Shown here piece by piece: positions 55,209 to 64,000 of a DNA stretch of 64,000 nt; position 1 is the stretch's first letter, and each line of letters begins with the position of its first letter. Position numbers and translations under genes: made by a program. The DNA comes from Antedon mediterranea (taxonomy: Eukaryota; Animalia; Echinodermata). The notes below the pieces were generated by a model, which searched no databases, had not been told where the DNA came from, and saw only the letters and a program-made list of their open reading frames with translations. The stretch is from positions 5,022,001-5,086,000 of the forward strand of contig NC_092671.1 of NCBI RefSeq assembly GCF_964355755.1. Direction: 5' to 3'.

Positions 55209-58200
55209 TACTGTCTTTTACTATAACCAATTTGGTAAACACAATGATAAAGAATAGGAAACATTTAATAATATGATAAATGACATTTACATAGCAATTT
55301 AGCACTGTGTTTTACTATAACCAATTTGGTTATAGTAAAACACAATGATATAGAATAGGAAACATTTAATAATATGATAAATGACATTACATATCAATGT
55401 ATCACTGTGTTTTACTATAACCAATTTGGTTAGAGTAAAACACAATTATATAGAATACGAAACGTTTAGTAATTTGATAAATTACATAGCAATTTAGCAC
55501 TGTGTTTTACTATAACCAATTTGGAAAGTAAAACACAATGAAAAAGAATAGGAAACATTTAATAATTTGATAAATGACATTTACATAGCAATTTAGCACT
55601 GTGTTTTACTATAACCAATTTGGTTAAAGTAAAACACAATGATAAAGAATAGGAAACATTTAATAACATGATAAATGACATTACATAGCAATTTAGCACT
55701 GTGTTTTACTATAACCAATTTGGTTAGAGTAAAACACAATGATAAAGAATAGGAAACATTTAATAATATGATAAATGACATTAACATAGCAATTTATCAC
55801 TGTGTTTTACTATAACCAATTTGGTTAAAGTAAAACATAATGATAAAGAATAGGAAACATTTAATAACATGATAAATGACATTACATAGCAATTTAGCAC
55901 TGTGTTTTACTATAACCAATTTGGTTAGAGTAAAACACAATGATAAAGAATAGGAAACATTTAATAATATGATAAATGACATTCACATAGCAATTTATCA
56001 CTGTGTTTTACTATAACCAATTTGGTTAAAGTAAAACACAATGATAAAGAATAGGAAACATTTAATAACATGATAAATGACATTTACATAGCAATTTAGC
56101 ACTGTGTTTTACTATAACCAATTTGGTTAGAGTAAAACACAATGATAAAGAATAGGAAACATTTAATAATATGATAAATGACATTCACATAGCAATTTAT
56201 CACTGTGTTTTACTATAACCAATTTGGTTAAAGTAAAACACAATGATAAAGAATAGGAAACATTTAATAACATGATAAATGACATTACATAGCAATTTAG
56301 CACTGTGTTTTACTATAACCAATTTGGTTAGAGTAAAACACAATGATAAAGAATAGGAAACATTTAATAATATGATAAATGACATTCACATAGCAATTTA
56401 TCACTGTGTTTTACTATAACCAATTTGGTTAAAGTAAAACACAATGATAAAGAATAGGAAACATTTAATAACATGATAAATGACATTTACATAGCAATTT
56501 AGCACTGTGTTTTACTATAACCAATTTGGTTAGAGTAAAACACAATGATAAAGAATAGGAAACATTTAATAATATGATAAATGACATTCACATAGCAATT
56601 TATCACTGTGTTTTACTATAACCAATTTGGTTAGAGTAAAACACAATGATAAAGAATAGGAAACATTTAATAACATGATAAATGACATTTACATAGCAAT
56701 TTAGCACTGTGTTTTACTATAACCAATTTGGTTATAGTAAAACACAATGATATAGAATAGGAAACATTTAATAATATGATAAATGACATTACATATCAAT
56801 GTATCACTGTGTTTTACTATAACCAATTTGGTTAGAGTAAAATACAATTATATAGAATACGAAACGTTTAGTAATTTGATAAATTACATAGCAATTTAGC
56901 ACTGTGTTTTACTATAACCAATTTGGAAAGTAAAACACAATGAAAAAGAATAGGAAACATTTAATAACATGATAAATGACATTTACATAGCAATTTAGCA
57001 CTGTGTTTTACTATAACCAATTTGGTTAGAGTAAAACACAATGATAAAGAATAGGAAACATTTAATAATATGATAAATGACATTCACATAGCAATTTATC
57101 ACTGTGTTTTACTATAACCAATTTGGTTAAAGTAAAACACAATGATAAAGAATAGGAAACATTTAATAACATGATAAATGACATTACATAGCAATTTAGC
57201 ACTGTGTTTTACTATAACCAATTTGGTTAGAGTAAAACACAATGATAAAGAATAGGAAACATTTAATAATATGATAAATGACATTCACATAGCAATTTAT
57301 CACTGTGTTTTACTATAACCAATTTGGTTAAAGTAAAACACAATGATAAAGAATAGGAAACATTTAATAACATGATAAATGACATTTACATAGCAATTTA
57401 GCACTGTGTTTTACTATAACCAATTTGGTTAGAGTAAAACACAATGATAAAGAATAGGAAACATTTAATAATATGATAAATGACATTCACATAGCAATTT
57501 ATCACTGTGTTTTACTATAACCAATTTGGTTAGAGTAAAACACAATGATAAAGAATAGGAAACATTTAATAACATGATAAATGACATTTACATAGCAATT
57601 TAGCACTGTGTTTTACTATAACCAATTTGGTTATAGTAAAACACAATGATATAGAATAGGAAACATTTAATAATATGATAAATGACATTACATATCAATG
57701 TATCACTGTGTTTTACTATAACCAATTTGGTTAGAGTAAAATACAATTATATAGAATACGAAACGTTTAGTAATTTGATAAATTACATAGCAATTTAGCA
57801 CTGTGTTTTACTATAACCAATTTGGAAAGTAAAACACAATGAAAAAGAATAGGAAACATTTAATAATTTGATAAATGACATTTACATAGCAATTTAGCAC
57901 TGTGTTTTACTATAACCAATTTGGTTAGAGTAAAACACAATGATAAAGAATAGGAAACATTTAATAATATGATAAATGACATTCACATAGCAATTTATCA
58001 CTGTGTTTTACTATAACCAATTTGGTTAAAGTAAAACACAATGATAAAGAATAGGAAACATTTAATAACATGATAAATGACATTACATAGCAATTTAGCA
58101 CTGTGTTTTACTATAACCAATTTGGTTAGAGTAAAACACAATGATAAAGAATAGGAAACATTTGATAATATGATAAATGACATTCACATAGCAATTTATC

Positions 58201-59460
58201 ACTGTGTTTTACTATAACCAATTTGGTTAAAGTAAAACATAATGATAAAGAATAGGAAACATTTAATAACATGATAAATGACATTACATAGCAATTTAGC
58301 ACTGTGTTTTACTATAATCAATTTGGTTAGAGTAAAACACAATGATAAAGAATAGGAAACATTTAATAATATGATAAATGACATTCACATAGCAATTTAT
58401 CACTGTGTTTTACTATAACCAATTTGGTTAAAGTAAAACACAATGATAAAGAATAGGAAACATTTAATAACATGATAAATGACATTTACATAGCAATTTA
58501 GCACTGTGTTTTACTATAACCAATTTGGTTAGAGTAAAACACAATGATAAAGAATAGGAAACATTTAATAATATGATAAATGACATTCACATAGCAATTT
58601 ATCACTGTGTTTTACTATAACCAATTTGGTTAAAGTAAAACACAATGATAAAGAATAGGAAACATTTAATAACATGATAAATGACATTCACATAGCAATT
58701 TATCACTGTGTTTTACTATAACCAATTTGGTTAGAGTAAAACACAATGATAAAGAATAGGAAACATTTAATAACATGATAAATGACATTTACATAGCAAT
58801 TTAGCACTGTGTTTTACTATAACCAATTTGATTAGAGTAAAACACAATGACATAGAATAGGAAACATTTAATAATATGATATATGACATTTACATAGCAA
58901 TTTAGCACAATGTTTTACTATAACCAATTTGATTAGAGTAAAACACAATGATATAGAATAGGAACATTTAATAATATGATAAATGACATTCACATAGCAA
59001 TTTAGCACTGTGTTTTACTATAACCAATTTGGTTAAAGTAAAACACAATGATAAAGAATAGGAAACATTTAATAATATGATAAATTACATTTACATAGCA
59101 ATTTAGCACAATGTTTTACTATAACCAATTTGGTTAGAGTAAAACACAATGATAAAGAATAGGAAACATTTAATAATATGACAAAATGACATTTACATAG
59201 TAATTTATCACTGTGTTTTACTATAACCAATTTGGTTAGAGTAAAACATTTAAACTATGATAAATGATATTTAGCACTGTGTTGGATACAGTAAAACACA
59301 AATAAAGAATAGGAAACATATAATAATATGATACATTTACATACAAATTTAGTATTGTGTTTTACTATAGCCAATTTGGTTACAGTAAAACACAATGATA
59401 ATGAAACATTTATTATATGATGTTATTTACATAGCAAAATATTATATTAAACATATCTTA
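55209..59460 (+). repeat. Satellite array, 100-101 bp monomer, about 42 copies, with 899-bp higher-order repeat
   Basis: Monomer CACTGTGTTTTACTATAACCAATTTGGTTARAGTAAAACACAATGATAAAGAATAGGAAACATTTAATAAYATGATAAATGACATT(Y)ACATAGCAATTTAK. A rare variant ACATATCAATGTATC recurs at 55389, 56791, 57690. Confidence 0.97.
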
Positions 59461-59499
59461 TTATCTAAACGTTATGATAAAGAATAGGATACATATAAT

Positions 59500-61340
59500 G
59501 TAATAATATAATAAATACAAGTTACATAGTTTATCATCTTGTTTTACAGAACCAATTTGGTGACACAGTTAAACACAGTGATAAAGAATAGATACTGTTT
59601 TAGGTTATATAACCCTAACCCTAGTTTGAAGCGACATAATAAATTCATCGCGAAAAAGTACGTAACGTATTCAGAAACTTTTGAAATTTGTTAGATATGT
59701 TTAATAAGTTCTTACGTCTATAAAACAAACAAAAAATATAAATTTCACGAAAAATTCGTGATTTTAATAATTTGCATTTCTAAAAATGTACACTTATGAA
59801 ATACCATACATTTTCCAACACATTTTTACGTCATTGATGATTCCCAGAAATCAAAATAAAACAAATTATGATATTTCTTTTACATTATAGATGTAAGAAC
59901 CTATATTGAACATATCTATCAAATTTCAAACGTTTTTTAAGACCATACGTATTTTTATCGATGAATTAAGTATGTGATTGCTTCAAACTAGGGTTAGGGT
60001 TAACCTAACAGTTCCATTCTTTAACACTGTGTTTAACTTTTAACCAAATTGGTTTTAGTACAACACAATGATAAACTATGTACATTTTATTTTTCATATT
60101 ACATTATAGGATACAACATATAATGTAATATAATAAATACAAGTTACATAGTTTATCATCTTGTTTTACAGAACCAATTATTTGGTTACACAGTTAAACA
60201 CAGTGATAAAGAATAGACACTGTTTTAGGTTATATAACTCTAACCCTAGTTTGAAGCGATCACATACTTAATTCATCGCGAAAAATTAAATACGTATCGT
60301 AATCAGAAACATTTGAAATTTGGTAAATTATTATGTTCAATAGGTTCTTACGTCTATAAAACAAACAAAAAATAAAAGTTTCAAGACAAATTCGTGATTT
60401 TAATAATTTGCATTTCTAAACATTTACACTTATGAAAGACCATACATTTCCAACACATTTTTACTTCATTGATGATTCCCAGAAATCAAAATAAAACTAT
60501 TAGGATATTTCTTTTGCATTATAGATGTAAGAACCTATATTGAACATATCTACCAAATATCAAACGTTTTTCAAGACGATACGTATTTTTAGCGATAAAT
60601 ATTAAATATGTGATCGCTTCAAACTAGGGTTAGGGTTAAATAAACTAAAACAGTTCTATTCTTTATCACTCACTGTGTTTAACTTTTAACCAAAATGGTT
60701 ATAGTAAAACACAATGATAAACTTATATGTAAATTTTATTTTTCATAACATAAAATGTTTGATATTCTTTGTAATATTTAATATTATATTTTAGGCCTAC
60801 TATTAATGATTATTAATTTTCTACTTCATTGGCGATTCTTACCCAAAAAAAAGGACTAATTTTGTTATGTATATATAAGAGCAACCTATTATAACATGTC
60901 TTGTATGATTTTTATCTCGTTTCAATGACATTTTATACTACAATTCAAATGAAAAAGCATCACAAAAAAATACGTCTGGTATTCAAAAAGTTTCTAAACT
61001 CGGTACACAGAAAAAATGATGATATTCTAATGGTTTTATTGTATACTTTTGTGAGAATCATCAATGAAGTAAAACGAATATGTTGAAAATGTATGGTCTT
61101 TCATAAGTGTGAATTTTTAGAAATGCAAATTATTGAAATCATCGATTTGTCTTGAAATTTATAATTTGTTTTGTCTTTTTGAACATATCTATACAAAATG
61201 TCAAACGTTTCTGAATACGATACGTTTTTTTTTGCGATGAATTTATAATGTCGCTTCAAACTAGAGGGTAGGGTAGTAACCTAACAAGTATCTATTCTTT
61301 ATCACTATGTTTAACTGTGTAACCATATTGGTTCTAATAA
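59500..61340. repeat. Tandem ~600-bp foldback modules related to the satellite monomer
   Basis: Modules at about 59500-60110 and 60115-60740, plus an inverted partial at 60900-61340. Each full module has arms ACACAGTGATAAAGAATAG...TAACCCTAGTTTGAAGCG / GCTTCAAACTAGGGTTAGGGTTA...ACTGTGT. Confidence 0.85.
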
Positions 61341-61880
61341 AAATGTTCTATATATATATATAAACCAAAGGTGCTATATATACCCACCTTATTACAGATG
61401 AGAGATATTTGACTGCAAACACCAAATAATATATCAGTACCAGACTTAAGTTAGAATACTTAAATACATGTTACTACATTCAACTTAAAGCAATCCTGTC
61501 AGATGTTCTAATAAAAAACAGTGATAAACTATGTAAATTGTATGTTTCATATATTACATTTTTGCCAAAAAAAATTATTGGGAATGTCAAATTTCTTTTT
61601 CATGACATATATCTACAAATTTCAGAAGCTTTTGAATACGAGTATTTTACGCGATGTTTTTTTATCCTCATTTTAATATGTTGGTAATGTAATTCACATG
61701 CACAAAGTTTTGTATCCAAAATATTGTTTATTTTTGGTAGAAATGAGGAAATAAATAGTATTCCTGTATAATATAATAATCAATAATAAAGTATAACAAA
61801 AAGTGTTGTGTAAACGAACGTTTTTTACGCTTCGAATTTTCTGTTACATTATGTTTGAATTGAAGCTACATATATTGAAT

Positions 61881-61915
61881 CATGGACCTATAAATTAGTA
61901 ATTTATAGGTCCATG
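61881..61915. mobile_element. P-element-like footprint, 17+1+17 bp
   Basis: CATGGACCTATAAATTA-G-TAATTTATAGGTCCATG between ATTGAAT (61874-61880) and ATTGAAC (61916-61922). Same termini as 7787-7813. Confidence 0.7.
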
Positions 61916-61945
61916 ATTGAACATATCGTCACTCACCACACTAAT

Positions 61946-62837
61946 TATGGAACGCCGTTTTACACAAGTTTTTGGCGATGATAAAAATTGCGTCGATGAT
62001 GAAATTGCGTCGATGAAAATTGCATGACGCAATGTAGATTGCGTCGATGCAATGTAGATTGCGTCGATGCAATGTAAATTGCGTCGATGAAAATTGCATC
62101 GACGAAAATTGCGTCGATGAAAATTGCGTTGATGAAAACTGCATCGATGAAAATTGCGTCGATGAAAACTGCATCGATGAAAATTGATGTGACGAATTTA
62201 ATTGATTATGAAAATTCCAAATGGTTTTAATTCAATCAATGATGAAAATTACTACTAGTAAAGTAAATGATGATGTTAATAATGATGTTAATAATGTTAT
62301 TATGTTGCTAAAAATTGACGGTTTCTGAATATTTTGATATGATAAACATGTTTACCGCTTGCGCTAGCGCGCGTTATAGACAAGCGCACAGTGAGCGCGC
62401 ACTAAAACAATGTTGAAATATATGCACTGATTAACATTTTAGTGATTTATTGTCAACACATTTTAGCAATGGATCCATTATTGTCCTTTCGGAAACATTA
62501 TATCTTCTAGCTAATTGCTTCCGTTAATCCACCAGTACAGTACATAAAATTCAGATGTCCAGCATCCATGACATCATATTCAAATCAAACCGGCAGGGAG
62601 ATCGCAATTTTCATCGATGAAAACTGCATCGATGAAAATATTTTTTTTTTTTCATCGATGCAGTTTTCATTGATGCAGTTTTCATCGACGCAATTTTCAT
62701 CGACGCAATGTTCATCACATCGACTTAAATTTTCATTACATCAATACTATATTCATCGACGCAATTTTCATCACATCGACGCAATTTTCATTGCATCATC
62801 GACGCGATTTTATCATCGCCTAAACTGGCATTCCATA
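61946..62837. mobile_element. MITE/foldback with inverted arrays of a 15-bp repeat
   Basis: Ends TATGGAACGCC / GGCATTCCATA. Left arm (GAAAATTGCGTCGAT)n at about 61975-62190, right arm the reverse complement at about 62590-62820. Confidence 0.8.
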
Positions 62838-63149
62838 CTTATTGCGTGTGATCTGATTGGTGTATTAATAAATTCATCGCGATGAATTTTTCAGTAGATG
62901 TAATGAGACAGTTCAGTAGATGCAATGACAGTTAATTTAATTGTTCTGCTCTTTTTGTACAAATCTATACTACTTTATATTATGGATGTTGTAGTACTGT
63001 TAAAATTATTAAATCTCTGGAAGTGTGTTTTACGCAAATTTATGCGTTTACGGTTTTAAAATGCACTACGCACGCAGTATTCCAAAATGTCTTACTAATC
63101 ATAGAAAATCATATTGTATCATATCATATTATATCCATTCTTTAAATTC

Positions 63150-64000
63150 ATATTCTTTATCCAAAACTAAATTGGTATAGTAAAACACAGTGCTAGCAAT
63201 TTATCATATTATTAAATGTTTCCTATTCTTTATCATTGTGTTTTACTCTAACCAAATTGGTTGTAGTAAAACACAGTGATAAATTGCTATGTAATGACAT
63301 TTATCATGTTATTAAATGTTTCCTATTCTTTATCGTTGTGTTTTACTCTAACCAAATTGGTTATAGTAAAACACAGTGCTAAATTACTATGTAAATGTCA
63401 TTTATCATGTTATTAAATGTTTCCTATTCTTTATCGTTGTGTTTTACTCTAACCAAATTGGTTATAGTAAAACACAGTGATAAATTACTATGTAAATGTA
63501 ATTTATCATATTATTAAATGTTTCCTATTCTTTATCATTGTGTTTTACTCTAACCAAATTGGTTATAGTAAAACACAGTGATAAATTGCTATGTAAATGT
63601 AATTTATCATGTTATTAAATGTTTCCTATTCTTTATCGTTGTGTTTTACTCTAACCAAATTGGTTATAGTAAAACACAGTGCTAAATTGCTATGTAAATG
63701 TCATTTATCATGTTATTAAATGTTTCCTATTCTATATCATTGTGTTTTACCATAATCAAATTGGTTATAGTAAAACACAGTACTAAATTGCTATGTGAAT
63801 GTCATTTATCATGTTATTAAATGTTTCCTATTCTTTATCATTGTGCTTTACTCTAACCAAATTGGTTATAGTAAAACACAGTGATAAATTGCTATGTAAA
63901 TGTCATTTATCATATTATTAAATGTTTCTTATTCTTTATCATTGTGTTTTACTCTAACCAAATTGGTTATAGTAAAACACAGTGCTAAATTGCTATGTAA
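63150..64000 (-). repeat. Same 100-101 bp satellite in inverted orientation, runs off the window
   Basis: Repeats of TTTCCTATTCTTTATCATTGTGTTTTACTCTAACCAAATTGGTTATAGTAAAACACAGTG, the reverse complement of the 55-59 kb monomer. Confidence 0.96.

Noticed and set aside
55593-58384. Family of repeated 61-64 aa hydrophobic ORFs
   Set aside because: These are by-products of satellite dimers. They appear and disappear with 1-bp monomer indels.

Overview
AT-rich, intron-containing animal genomic DNA. An invertebrate, possibly an echinoderm, is an inference from composition and repeat types. Four spliced housekeeping genes could be assembled by hand with GT-AG junctions in consistent phase: UBE2E (+, 5 coding exons, 213 aa), DNAJC7 (-, 13 exons, 514 aa), YJU2/CCDC94 (+, 6 exons, 420 aa, head-to-head with DNAJC7) and MRPL21 (-, 7 exons, 195 aa, tail-to-tail with YJU2). 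Two decayed tRNA-Val(AAC) copies lie in MRPL21 intron 1. Introns and intergenic DNA are packed with non-autonomous DNA transposons (PIF/Harbinger-, Tc1/mariner-, hAT-, Kolobok- and Helentron-like, several nested), minisatellites, and a 100-101 bp palindromic satellite arranged as two opposed arrays (55.2-59.5 kb and 63.1-64 kb) around foldback modules. The most unexpected signal is a dense record of apparent transposon EXCISION scars. At least five 25-35 bp CA...TG-type hairpins sit between 7-bp direct repeats and match the geometry and terminal sequence expected of P-element footprints. TACAGTA/TACTGTA, the Tc1/mariner footprint, is strongly over-represented. No transposase ORF, CRISPR array or rRNA is visible. 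All calls are by eye, without database searches.
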